A stretch of DNA of 63,550 bases, filler included, from Octopus bimaculoides (GCF_001194135.2; 10 parts of 10 records of this genome joined end to end with filler, not necessarily neighbours in it), one strand, 5' to 3'; positions 52,958-63,550 are shown, counted from the first letter of the whole stretch. Translations and numbers: made by a program. The notes: generated by a model from the letters alone, not told the origin.

Positions 52958-53061
52958 CTGAAAGAAACATAAATACAACCGCAATTTACCATGTTTGAAT
53001 AAATGACTCGCTGCTTATTTTAATTAGAGTAGTTAACACTCATTATTATTGTGAAGGGCCT

Positions 53062-53482
53062 TTATAAGCTTCTTTCAGTTTCCATCTACCAAATCCACTC
53101 ACAAGGCTTTGGATGCCCTGAGATTATAGAAAGAGACACTAGCCTAAAGTGCCATGCAGTGGAACTGAACCCAGAACCATGTGGTTGGGAAGCAAGCTTC
53201 TTACCACCCAGTCACATTTGAACCTTTGTTAGATTCATTATTGTGAGAGGCCGTTACAAACTTCTTTCAGTTTCCCTCTACCAAATCCACTCACAAGGCT
53301 TTGGTCGGCCTGAGGCTATAGCAGAAGACACCCCAATACTCAACTGGTACTTATTTTATCGGCCCCGAAAGCACGAAAGGCAAAGTCGACCTAGGCAGCA
53401 TTTGAACTCAGAACATAGCGGCAGACGAAATACTGTTAAGCATTTCACCCAGTGTGCTAGCGATTCTGCCAGCTCACAGCCT
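53062..53482 (-). mobile_element. SINE A fragment plus SINE B/A chimera in RICTOR intron
   Basis: 53062-53215 is family A. 53260-53330 is family A fused directly to family B at 53331-53482. Confidence 0.78.
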
Positions 53483-53508
53483 TAATAATAATAATAATAA
53501 TAATAATA

Positions 53509-53539
<31 letters not shown>

Positions 53540-53739
53540 TGCTTTCGAAATTTTCACACCAATTTCTGTAAAGGGGATAATAATAATAATAATAATAACA
53601 ATAATAATAATAATAATAATAATAACAATAATAACAATAATAATAATAATAATAATAATAATAGCAACAACAGAGCAGATTAAAACAAAAACAAAAATAC
53701 AATGATGGCTGCAGAAATGTGGCCACCATGCCTACCAAC

Positions 53740-53904
53740 CTGGATTTCACATGCTTCATCGATCACATTCAGTGCTGCCATAGCAACGGCCCGACTCTGG
53801 TCATACAGTTGCGTGACCAGCACCTCCATGCCCCAGGATCGAAACATAGGCATCTTGGTTCGTAGAAGCACTCGCAGGAATTTTGTTGCATACAGCCGAC
53901 CATT
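53740..53904 (-). CDS. RICTOR: RICTOR internal exon (165 nt, phase 0-0)
   Basis: Acceptor cttctgctccag| and donor |gttggt. Translates NGRLYATKFLRVLLRTKMPMFRSWGMEVLVTQLYDQSRAVAMAALNVIDEACEIQ, matching Rictor RLYATKHLRVLLR...WGIELLVTQLHD...DEACE. Confidence 0.96.
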
Positions 53905-53959
53905 CTGGAGCAGAAGGACAAAAATTGGTAGAATGGATTGCAGGGGACAGTTATGCAAA

Positions 53960-54272
53960 AAAGACAACTGTGTGTTTAAATGTGTGTGTGTGTGTGTCCA
54001 TGTGTGAGCGTACATATGTGTATGTGTGTGTGTACATGTGTGTGTACATGTGTGCATGTGTGTATGTATATGTGTGTGTATACATGTGTGAGTATACATG
54101 TGTATGTGTGTGCATGTGTGTGCATGTGTGTGTATACATGTGTATGTGTGTGTGTACATATGCATGTGTGTGTGCATATGTGTATATGTGTGTATACATG
54201 TGTGTGCATATGTGTATATGTGTGTGCATGTGTGTATACATGTGTATGTCTGTGTGTGTGTGTGTGTGTGTG
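53960..54272. repeat. Compound (TG/TA/CA)n cryptic microsatellite in RICTOR intron
   Basis: Direct inspection. It generates several spurious C/V and H/T ORFs. Confidence 0.9.
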
Positions 54273-54485
54273 ATGTTAAACCATTAATCTCTACAGATTT
54301 ATATATTATAGGGGAAAATACCTAGGATGGGTGTTTTAGAGAGAGAGAGAGAGAGAGAGAGAGAAGAAAAGAAAGAGTTAGAGAGATAGTCAGATAAATC
54401 AAGAAACAGACCACCACCCCCAACCCCCTCTCGCAAGCGCACCACTAGACACCCCTGCAAGAGTAGAATGATACGCATCGCTTAC

Positions 54486-54612
54486 CTCGGAGGAGGAAAC
54501 CAGCGCCTTGGAAAGAATAACTTTAGTGGAACAGTCCCGAGCATAATACATACTGGACACGATCAACTTGATGTAGACATCAGGGGTCGAGGCGGAGATT
54601 ACATCACAGATG
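54486..54612 (-). CDS. RICTOR: RICTOR internal exon (127 nt, phase 2-0)
   Basis: Acceptor cctttttttttacag| and donor |gtaagc. Translates (S)ICDVISASTPDVYIKLIVSSMYYARDCSTKVILSKALVSSSE, matching Rictor LLKLTVSSLDYSRDGLARVILSKILT. Confidence 0.92.
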
Positions 54613-55430
54613 CTGTAAAAAAAAGGGGACGATAAGATGAGGCGAAAAAGGAAAAAAAAAAAGGGGGCAGCGGAGTGGGGTCAGTATGGGAACAGTGAAG
54701 CAGGGTTGCAGAGGGACGATGTGGGGGGGAGTTAGAAGAATATGGTATAAACTGGACGAGGGTTCCATTCGATCCGATCAACGGAACAGCCTGCTCGGGA
54801 AATTAACAGGCAAGTGGCTGAGCACTCCACAGACACACGTACCCTTAATGTAAGAGATTCAGCATGACAAAGAAGAGTTCAACAAGGCTGGCTGCCTCTT
54901 GTCAAACTGTCCCGCCCATGTTAACATGGAAGGCAGATGTTAAACAATGATGAAGATGATGAAGATTATTATTATTATTATTATCGTTTTCTGAATCACT
55001 TTCACTCACACCAGACTCATGCACACCATCACTTGTAGATGTGATTGCCGATTCACAAGCACTCGTAGACAGACTTGTGGATTTCTTTTTAAAAAACTAG
55101 TCTGGAGTTGTTTGCTTAGAAGAAGCTTTATTCGCTCTCTAAAATTTCTTGGTAGCACACAAGCATTTGTTATGGTAGTAGAAACTCTTGCACTTCCTTC
55201 AAAGTTTAGATCTTGTGCTCGAAAAAGAAAACTCGTAAACCCCAGGGTCTTGTAAAGCAGGTCCTAGTAAGAGTGAGGTGTTACTGCATGCGGTTGAATT
55301 GGTGCACTGGTTGAATTGTCAAGGTACACACCCAAGTATCTTCATCTGTTTACATAAGAATCTCAGAGAATTTTTAGAATGTCTTACAAATCTTCATTGT
55401 ACGACTAATAAATATATATGTATGTATGTA

Positions 55431-55890
55431 TGGACTGGACACGTTATTAGAATGAAGGATAGCAGGATTCCTAAGCAGATGCTCTATGAAGAACTTGTGA
55501 ATGGAAGGAGACTCCGGCAGAAACCAAGGTTGCACTTTAAGGACTGTGTCAAGTCCTCATTAAAGGCTCGTGATATTCAGGACACTGACTGGGAGAACAA
55601 TGCCTGTCATCGTCACAGATGGAGGAAGCAGGTTAAGGAGGGGATGAACACTTTTGAGAGAGCACGTATTCAGCATCAAGAATTTAAGCGAGCTGCGCGA
55701 AAGTGCACAGCTCGTAGAGTGAATGGGGAAAGCTTGATCCGCAATGTTTGCAGTGGTGTATGCTTGTCAAGAGCAGGGCTCATTAGCCACCAACGGAGCC
55801 GTAAATGCAAAATATAAGTTAGTCCTAGAGCGCACAATGTTCCTGAAGGTCAGCAATGGTCTTCCTCGGTCATGAGTGGACAGCCATCAT
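55431..55890 (+). mobile_element. 5'-truncated RTE (BovB-like) LINE 3' end, antisense in RICTOR intron
   Basis: Reads WTGHVIRMKDSRIPKQMLYEELVNGRR...PRLHFKDCVKSSLK...WE..A.HR..WR...NVCSGVCLSRAGLISHQRS* followed by a short 3' UTR. Confidence 0.92.
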
Positions 55891-55933
55891 GTATGTATGT
55901 AGGCATGCATGTTATATATGTATGTATACAAAC

Positions 55934-56082
55934 CTTTGGAAGATGCCAGCTCGCTGTAGACACTGCTCTCCACGGTCAGTGGCTGAGAACCGACCGATGA
56001 AGAGGAAGTAGTATTTGGAGAGCGTATTGTTGATAAGAGTTGGTGAGAAGATACTATCACTAATAGCCCGCTCGCTCTTCAT
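55934..56082 (-). CDS. RICTOR: RICTOR internal exon (149 nt, phase 0-2)
   Basis: Acceptor ccttcacag| and donor |gtttgt. Translates MKSERAISDSIFSPTLINNTLSKYYFLFIGRFSATDRGEQCLQRAGIFQ, matching Rictor TTLSQHYFLFIGTLS...CSVFQ. Confidence 0.93.
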
Positions 56083-56294
56083 CTGTGAAGGATTGAAGAA
56101 GAACAAGGCAAGATATGAATACAACGACGACAACAACAACAACAGCAAGATTAAGGTTTAGTCAGAGGACGGAAGGCAGCAGAGGTTGGGGGGTGACACT
56201 GCGTGGCAACAAAGGACCAGATGTAGGACAGAAACCATGGGCTGCCTTTCAGATTGGGGTTATGTTCCAAATGCATGCAACAAAGTCACCAATG

Positions 56295-56415
56295 GAATAA
56301 GTACTAGGCTTACAAAGAATAAGTCCTAGGGTCGATTTGCTTGACTGAAAGGCGGTGCTCCAGCATGGCCACAGTCAAATGACTGAAACAAGTAAAAGAA
56401 TAAAAGAATAAAAGA
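56295..56415 (+). mobile_element. SINE family A 3' end with AAAAGAAT tail
   Basis: Family A 3' half in forward orientation. Confidence 0.85.
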
Positions 56416-56708
56416 ATGACTTTAAATTGCGTATGGGACTGAGGCCCTGGTACAGGAGTAACAAGGTTTCGAGGATTAGGGAGTCACCTCTTAACTGTCA
56501 TTGTCCCCAGTCAACCCTGGCCCAGACTTGTAACTTCTGTCAGGGTCTCAGCTATGAGGGAATCAGTGTGTCTGTATATGTCATATGTGATGACAGGAGA
56601 TGATGCTTTACTATAATGTCATTAAACAAAAGGGACTTATCAGTTAATTAATTCAATTAATGAAATGAGTAAATAGTCTCATCAAAGTGTTAATTAGAAA
56701 TAACTTAC

Positions 56709-56768
56709 CTCTGACAAACAATTATTAATGTCACCCAGGAATTCAACAATCAGTTTATTGGTCTCTTC
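56709..56768 (-). CDS. RICTOR: RICTOR internal exon (60 nt, phase 0-0)
   Basis: Acceptor tatttgttacag| and donor |gtaagt. Translates EETNKLIVEFLGDINNCLSE. It is phase-compatible with both neighbours and fills the expected segment. Not in the ORF track. Confidence 0.85.
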
Positions 56769-57184
56769 CTGTAACAAATAAATTATACTCATACAGTACA
56801 TATCTATAGAAAATATCTACATAAAATATTTGAAAAAAGATGTTCTTAAATTAAAGTTATTAATTATGTAAGTAAAATTTAAAAAAAAAAAAAAACATTA
56901 ACACAAACCTGATGGAAGAAATTTTTGGTGTAAGCGCTTGCTTTCATTGCTTTCAGCTTTTTAAAAACACGTGGTTGGTGTGTGTGTGTGTGTGAGAGAG
57001 AGAAAGAGAGAGAGTGTGTGAGTGTGTGTGTAGCATGTGTGTGGATGTGTGGTAAAACACTCGCACATCATATTACCTTATTATTCACGGCCATTTGATA
57101 AGCATGCTTGCAGTCACTTATACTTAAATCTGTAGCATTCAAACTGGCCATATCCAGTCCAAATATTCGACCTTGATTTATGTT

Positions 57185-57290
57185 CAAATGGGCCAAGTGT
57201 CTTCAACTGTAGCCTTGGTCTGACCAAAGCCTTGCGAGTAGATTTGATAGATGTAAACTGAAAGAAGCCTATAGTATATAACTGTATATA
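57185..57290 (+). mobile_element. SINE family A core fragment
   Basis: TGGGCCAAGTGTCTTC...GACCAAAGCCTTGCGAGTAGATTTG...AACTGAAAGAAGCC, the inverse of 53062-53150. Confidence 0.8.
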
Positions 57291-57375
57291 TGTAAATGGG
57301 GGGAGGGGATGAATCAGGTGTGTGTGTGTGTGTGTGTGTGTGTGTACATGCATAAGTATTTAAACCAGAACTGAC

Positions 57376-57511
57376 CACATCTGTTTCAATAAGGAAATCA
57401 ATGAAGTGACAACAGGCAACTGTGATTTTGCGGGCAGCGGGATATTTCTGTTCAATGGACGAGTACTGACCACTGGTTGGTTTGAAAAAATATAGCAGGC
57501 GGCGTACAAAC
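57376..57511 (-). CDS. RICTOR: RICTOR internal exon (136 nt, phase 2 to 0)
   Basis: Acceptor ttttgccag| and donor |gtcagt. Translates (R)FVRRLLYFFKPTSGQYSSIEQKYPAARKITVACCHFIDFLIETDV, matching the recalled vertebrate Rictor segment RFVRRLLYFYKPSSKLY...CQFTEFLLESE. Confidence 0.93.
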
Positions 57512-57851
57512 CTGGCAAAAGAAGATGACCATAACAATGAGCATGTTAGGCGATAATGTATATCACATTGCATTGAACACCAAAGCAGCCATATACATAC
57601 ATATATACATACATATATATATACATATATATAATAATATTAGGGACAAAATCCAAAATTACAGGTAAAAAACTCAATTAAAATCAATTTATAAAAAATT
57701 AAAATTAAATTGAGCTTTATAGATAAAGTATATATAAAATATATAGTTTTAGGGAAAATAACCAATTTTCAAGAACTCATCGATGAAAATCCACTATCAC
57801 ATATAGAAAAATTAACAATTAAAAGCACAATAAATGAGTATAATATAAAGT

Positions 57852-57913
57852 AAAGTAAATATCATAAGATAAATCTTTTTATTATATTATATTTATCTTA
57901 TGATATTTACTTT
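57852..57913. repeat. Perfect 23-bp inverted repeat with 16-nt spacer
   Basis: AAAGTAAATATCATAAGATAAAT ... ATTTATCTTATGATATTTACTTT. Confidence 0.9.
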
Positions 57914-58017
57914 ATATNNNNNNNNNNNNNNNNNNNNNNNNNNNNNNNNNNNNNNNNNNNNTTAATTAATTAANNNNNNNNNNNNNNNNNNNNNNNNNNN
58001 NNNNNNNNNNNNNNNNN

Positions 58018-58530
58018 AAAGAGGTATAAAGATTGCATTAAACAAAACCTAAAAAAACTAGATATGTATGAAAGTGATTGGGAAGGAGATGTTCTGGATC
58101 GAAGCAAGTGGGCCTGTCGAAAGGGAAAAATTGTAAACAATGGAGAGTATAGGATGTGTATTGTGTGTGATCGCGTTCTTCTGTCAAAAGCAGGATATGT
58201 GAATCACATGAAAACACATGAGGGTAGAAATTCCAGACACCCTAAATACCAACCGCCTTCCGCAACCTGTGGCATATGTCACAAGGTTTGAAAAACAATA
58301 CCCGGACTTAAGAGACATGCTGGTTCACAGAAGCGTTTCCTTAGAAGCAGATACCAGCAGGCAAGGATCGAGAGACCTGAACATTTGTCATCTGTGCTGT
58401 AGACCTTGTCGCTCAGCAGCCGGACTTCAAAGTCACTTGAGGGCTCACCAACGGAGTGATTGTACTGCGTGATGATATGTGTGGATTGTTGATGGGATGG
58501 CTATCGTCTGTCAAGATGGAGCAGTCGTCA
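58018..58530 (+). mobile_element. RTE-type LINE 3' end carrying three C2H2 zinc fingers (pseudogenised)
   Basis: RTE motif KRYKDCIKQNLKKLDMYESDWE...DRSKW, then CIVC-x12-HMKTH, CGIC-x12-H(MLV)H (one stop and one frameshift) and CHLC-x12-HLRAH, a stop and a short 3' UTR. Confidence 0.85.
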
Positions 58531-59149
58531 TATATATATATATATATATATATAAATATATGTATATATGTATATATATTTCTCCTTTCATATAACTTTT
58601 CTTTTCTACAAAGTTGTACTTCTCTCAAACTCTATTGCTTACTTCTATTTTACTCTTATTATTTCTCTTCTTATACACTCTCTAATAGGAATATTGTACT
58701 ATACTTACCAATAACTGATATTTTTGTATGTGTGTACATGTGTATATGTATATATGTGTGTGTGTGTTGTGTATATGTGAGTGTGTATATGTATATCTAT
58801 ATATACATAAATTAGCCCTCTGAACTTTTTAGACCCTCTTCTAAACTCTCTGATGAAGCCTAGAGGCAAACCCAAGTATCCTAATTTTATCTACTGATCA
58901 CTGCAGTACACTGAGAAAATGGAAATAACATGTAGGGTACTGTGACCTCTTGGCAGAAATAGCTGTAAGAAACAGTTCTTCTTTCTCTATTCTTGAAATT
59001 TCTGGTACTTATATATGTAAAACACAACCTCTACATACGTATATATATTCTCATAATTGTTTAAAATAAATAAATAGACATAATATAATGTCTAACAGTT
59101 GATGCACACTACCTCTGGATCCCCTCCATTTTCTTCTTGCCGTATATAT

Positions 59150-59962
59150 ATATCATCATCATCATCATCATCGTTTAACGTCCGCTTTCCATACTAGCAT
59201 GGGTTGGACGATTTGACTGAGGACTGGTGAAACCGGATGGCAACACCAGGCTCCAGTCTAATTTGGCAGAGTTTCTACAGCTGGATGCCCTTCCTAACGC
59301 CAACCACGCAGAGAGTGTAGTGGGTGCTTTTACGTGTCACCCGCACGAAAACGGCCACGCTCGAAATGGTGTCTTTTATGTGCCACCCGCACAAGCCAGT
59401 CCAGGGGCACTGGCAACGATCTCGCTCGAAAATCCTACGGGAGCCAGTCAGGCGGTACTGGCAATGGCCACGCTCAAAATGGTGCATCTCATGTGCCACC
59501 CGCACAAGAACCAGTCCAGGGGCACTGGCAACGATCTTACTTGGCTTGCCGGGTCTTCTCACGCACAGCACATTTCCATGTGTGTGTGTGTTGTGTATAT
59601 GTGAGTGTGTATATGTATATCTAGAGGCAAACCTCGGTGAGGCCCAATGTACGAAGGTCTTGCCTCATCACCTCAGCCCAGGTCTTCCTGGGCCTACCTC
59701 TTCCACGGGTTCCCTCAACTGTTAGGGTGTGGCACTTTTTCACGCAGCTATCCTCATCCATTCTCACCACATGTCCATACCAGCGCAATCGTCTCTCTTG
59801 CACACCACAACTGATGCTTCTAATGTTCAGCTTTTCTCTCAAGATACTTACACTCTGACGGGTATTCACATTGACATTACACATCCAACGGAGCATACTG
59901 GCTTCATTCCTTGCGAGCTTACGTATGTCCTCAGCAGTTACAGCCCATGTTTCACTGCCATG
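59150..59962 (-). mobile_element. RTE-type LINE 3' end with tandem-repeat 3' UTR and (GAT)n tail
   Basis: Reads HGSETWAV...MLRWMC...RRLRWYGHVVRMDEDSCVKKC...GRGRPRKTW. UTR ends AGCGGACGTTAAACGATGATGATG. Confidence 0.92.
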
Positions 59963-60686
59963 NNNNNNNNNNNNNNNNNNNNNNNNNNNNNNNNNNNNNN
60001 NNNNNNNNNNNNNNNNNNNNNNNNNNNNNNNNNNNNNNNNNNNNNNNNNNNNNNNNNNNNNNNNNNNNNNNNNNNNNNNNNNNNNNNNNNNNNNNNNNNN
60101 NNNNNNNNNNNNNNNNNNNNNNNNNNNNNNNNNNNNNNNNNNNNNNNNNNNNNNNNNNNNNNNNNNNNNNNNNNNNNNNNNNNNNNNNNNNNNNNNNNNN
60201 NNNNNNNNNNNNNNNNNNNNNNNNNNNNNNNNNNNNNNNNNNNNNNNNNNNNNNNNNNNNNNNNNNNNNNNNNNNNNNNNNNNNNNNNNNNNNNNNNNNN
60301 NNNNNNNNNNNNNNNNNNNNNNNNNNNNNNNNNNNNNNNNNNNNNNNNNNNNNNNNNNNNNNNNNNNNNNNNNNNNNNNNNNNNNNNNNNNNNNNNNNNN
60401 NNNNNNNNNNNNNNNNNNNNNNNNNNNNNNNNNNNNNNNNNNNNNNNNNNNNNNNNNNNNNNNNNNNNNNNNNNCAGAATTTAGTATGGTATTATCCATA
60501 CAATTTCAAAGTAACGTGATTAAAATCAAAATAAGTAACAAGGATATCCAGAGGTAAAGCAGTACGATCGTTTCATGCAACTCCATTTAATTGAACAATG
60601 TAACCATGACATCAATTTAAAATGCAGAGCAATCTTCAGCTGCACAAAGACATAGAATTTAATTAAATTAGAACAGATGGACACAT

Positions 60687-62427
60687 TAGTATAATAATAC
60701 CTAAAATCTCCCAAAGGTTAGGGAGACAGACAGAGAACATCTTGCTTTAGCCACACCATGGAAGCTAATATATATAATGTCAAAGAAGACTCTGCCTGTC
60801 ACTGATTTTATTTGTTTTTTTTTGTTTAGATTTATCGACTATCATATCAAACCTTGTATATCTAAAGCTTAAGAGAATAAAGGGAATATATACCCTTAAG
60901 AGAATAAAGGGTATATATAGGGATAGGAGTGATAGAGCAGACACAAATCATGGTTGGTATAGTCATAAACTCATGAGGTTTGGTAAAGGAAAACTTCAAA
61001 CAAGATGTTGGCTGACAACTAAGAGGTCACCCACTAGCAGGTTTTAAAACAATGTTGCTATACTGTTTATGGCTATTCATGGGGTTATTAATAAGAATAT
61101 ATTAACAAAAGGATAGAAATTTATGGATACTTTTGAGTATATACCAAACTTATGCCACAATAGAGGGGGGAAAAGAAAAGAAAATTATTCAGAAATAGTT
61201 TAATATTTATACAAACTACACACTTAAAAAACTAACTCATCATATGCTGTCTATGAATGTTGATTAATAGGTCTATACTAATATTAATAAAGGAGTATTG
61301 AGGTAAAAGAACATTCTAATTATATATTAATACAATTATATTCTAAGGATTTTTTTTTTATATGTATGCAGTAAATATATCAGTATAGTTTTATGTATGC
61401 TAAGTATGAATTAATAGAGATACAAAGATTTGCTTAAATTATTTATGAATAGATAAAGGCTAGTTATTAATCAATAAAGAATGAAATAAAATAATCATTT
61501 AGGGCAGAATACCATAGAAATAAAATAGCTAAATTACCAATGCTATGGTAAAGTATATTTAGCTTAACACCAATAGAGAAGATTTATATAGAAAAAGTAT
61601 AATGATTAAAAATATATTGGACCAAAAATTTTTAATTTAACTTGTATAGCTAATATCAATAAAAGACTGATGTCTAGTATAAGTTAAAAGAATATTTAAG
61701 TTATGGGACATGCAAAATTTTTCACTAATCTTTCCATATATAAATTGAGGGATTATTTTATAGGCTTAAGAGTTAAAGAAGTTATTACTTTTTCCTCCTT
61801 ACATGGAATTTATAGTTTCTTGATAGTAAGTACTTGTTTAAAAGGGTTATTTATATAAAGGCTTATATAAAATACTAGGATAAGGAGGGTAGAGCCATTT
61901 CTGAATAATTTTCTTTTCTTTTCCTCCCTCTATTGTGGTATAAGTTTGGTATAAGTTTAGTATCCGTAAATTTCTATCCTTTTGTTAATATATTCTTATT
62001 AATAACCATATGAATAGCCGTGAATGGCAACATTGTTTTAAAACTTTTAACTATAGTGCTACATGATGAGTCTTCCCCTGTTTCATTATAAATGGTCTGC
62101 TAGTGGGTGACCGCTTAGTTGTCAGACAACATCTTGTTTGAAGTTTTCCTTTACCAAACCTCATGAGTTTATGACTATACCAACCATGATTTCTATCTGC
62201 TCTATCACCCCTACCCCTAATAGGTAATGGCCTTTATTCTCTTAAGCTTTAGATATACAAGGTTTGATATGATAGTCGATAAATCTAAACGAAAAAAAAC
62301 AAATAAAATCAGTGACAAGCAGAGTCTTCTTTGACATTTTATTTATTAGCTTCCATGGTGTGACTAAAGCAAGATGTTCTTTGTCTGTCTCCCTAACCTC
62401 TGGGAGATTTTAGGTATTATTATACTA
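60687..62427. repeat. Fold-back inverted duplication (arms 60687-61196 and 61897-62427, 700-bp spacer)
   Basis: The arms align as reverse complements with substitutions, a short tandem duplication in the left arm and a ~50-nt insertion (62045-62097) in the right arm. The right arm ends at a gap. Confidence 0.92.
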
Positions 62428-62528
62428 NNNNNNNNNNNNNNNNNNNNNNNNNNNNNNNNNNNNNNNNNNNNTTAATTAATTAANNNNNNNNNNNNNNNNN
62501 NNNNNNNNNNNNNNNNNNNNNNNNNNNT

Positions 62529-62875
62529 TTCGGGGCCAATGAAATAAGTACCAGTCGAGCACCGGAGTCGATGTAATCGACTTACTCCCGCCCCGAAATT
62601 GTTGGCCTTGTACCAAAATGTGAGACCAATATTTCAAGCCAGTAAATCGGCGAGCTGGCAGAATTGTTAGTACGCCGGTAAAATGCTTAGCAGCATTTTG
62701 TCCGTCTTTACGGTCTGAGTTCAAATTCCGCCAGAGTCGAGTTTACCTTTCATCCTTTCGGGGGAGGGGATACAATAAGTACCAGTTGAACACTGGGATC
62801 AGTTTAATAGACTTAGCCCCTTCCCAGAAATTGCTGTCCTTGTGCCAAAATTTGAAACCAATATTTCAAGCCAAT
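62529..62875 (+). mobile_element. Two tandem SINE family B copies
   Basis: Family B cores, with CCAATATTTCAAGCCA repeated at both 3' ends. Confidence 0.85.
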
Positions 62876-63550
62876 GAGAGAGCCTCTACCTGACCGTTTT
62901 GTTAGTACGAAATAGCAGCCAAATTCCAATGAAATGTCATCCTACCGTTTAACCCTTTTGTTAACATATTTCTGTTGAAATGCGTTTCCTGTGTTTCAGT
63001 TAATTTAGAAAATAATAATTTGGTAAACGAATTCTGGAACATAAATTAACATGAAATTTTGATGGAAGTTTTTAATTTAGGTTACTTTGAAACATGGGGT
63101 TATTATCATTGGACTAGGAGAAATCTCTGGCGGGTTGGAGTTGAAATGGTTTTAAAGAAAGACTGGAAAAGACATATTGGATGATATAGTCGTCCATTTA
63201 CAAAAAAAAAGTGGAATTGCCATGGACGGAACGTTTTTGATCATAGAGCTACACGATCAACGCTAACCTTGCTCTAGACAAAATCAATGAATTTAGCTGT
63301 TAAGGAGCCAATGACCGAGTCACTACATATCTTGCTTAAATCATGCTTTATCAACTTAACAAAGGAGAGTGCATTGGATGATGTGGTCCAAGATAAATTG
63401 CAATTGCAAATCAAAAATAAGAGCGGCAAGGGTCTGATATGAACACCTATTGATCATAGATATTCTTAATTAGAGTTAAACTGGGGTAACGAGGGTTCAT
63501 GTTGATCCGATTAATGGAACAGCCTGCTCGTGAAATTAACGTGCAAGTGG

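Noticed and set aside
53883-54325. Cys/Val- and His/Thr-rich ORFs that look metallothionein-like
   Set aside because: They are translations of dinucleotide microsatellites in a RICTOR intron. The same applies to poly-I, poly-L, poly-M, poly-S and poly-V ORFs elsewhere.
55019-55420. Alternative RICTOR exon or nested gene in the intron
   Set aside because: The flanking exons already join in phase and cover the expected protein. No good splice sites or recognisable homology.
59340-59540. CRISPR-like repeat-spacer appearance (ACGATCTCGCTCGAAAATCC units, also at 24208-24350)
   Set aside because: These are tandem repeats within an RTE LINE 3' UTR. The intervening sequences are homologous to each other, there are no cas genes, and the context is eukaryotic.
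61200-61896. Crypton/tyrosine-recombinase remnant in the fold-back spacer (LGQNT, FTNLS)
   Set aside because: Only two short motifs with no catalytic residues. An L1/Tx1-like RT remnant explains more of the sequence, though that call is also weak.

Overview
AT-rich, repeat-dominated eukaryotic genomic window from a gapped draft assembly. The SINE complement and microsatellite load suggest an octopus or other coleoid cephalopod (inference). The only host gene I can identify is RICTOR (mTORC2 subunit): six phase-compatible GT-AG exons on the minus strand between 57511 and 52802, 793 nt in total. Its upstream and downstream exons were not found. The rest consists of three tRNA-derived SINE families, LINE remnants (RTE, R4/Dong-like, HERO/NeSL-like, Penelope-like), Tc1/mariner, Tigger and hAT remnants, MITEs, microsatellites, N-gaps and nine artificial TTAATTAATTAA linkers. 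The most unusual signals are: (1) many minimal type I hammerhead-ribozyme motifs, three with the same non-canonical CCGANGA core; (2) a ~345-bp tandem-unit non-coding repeat family with a hammerhead core at a fixed position (retrozyme-like); (3) an RTE LINE ending in three C2H2 zinc fingers; (4) a two-step templated insertion in a LINE; (5) two long fold-back inverted duplications; (6) an inverted SINE pair flanking an in-frame 501-nt block of RICTOR exons. All family assignments are by eye, with no database searches. No CRISPR, rRNA or bona fide tRNA gene is supported.
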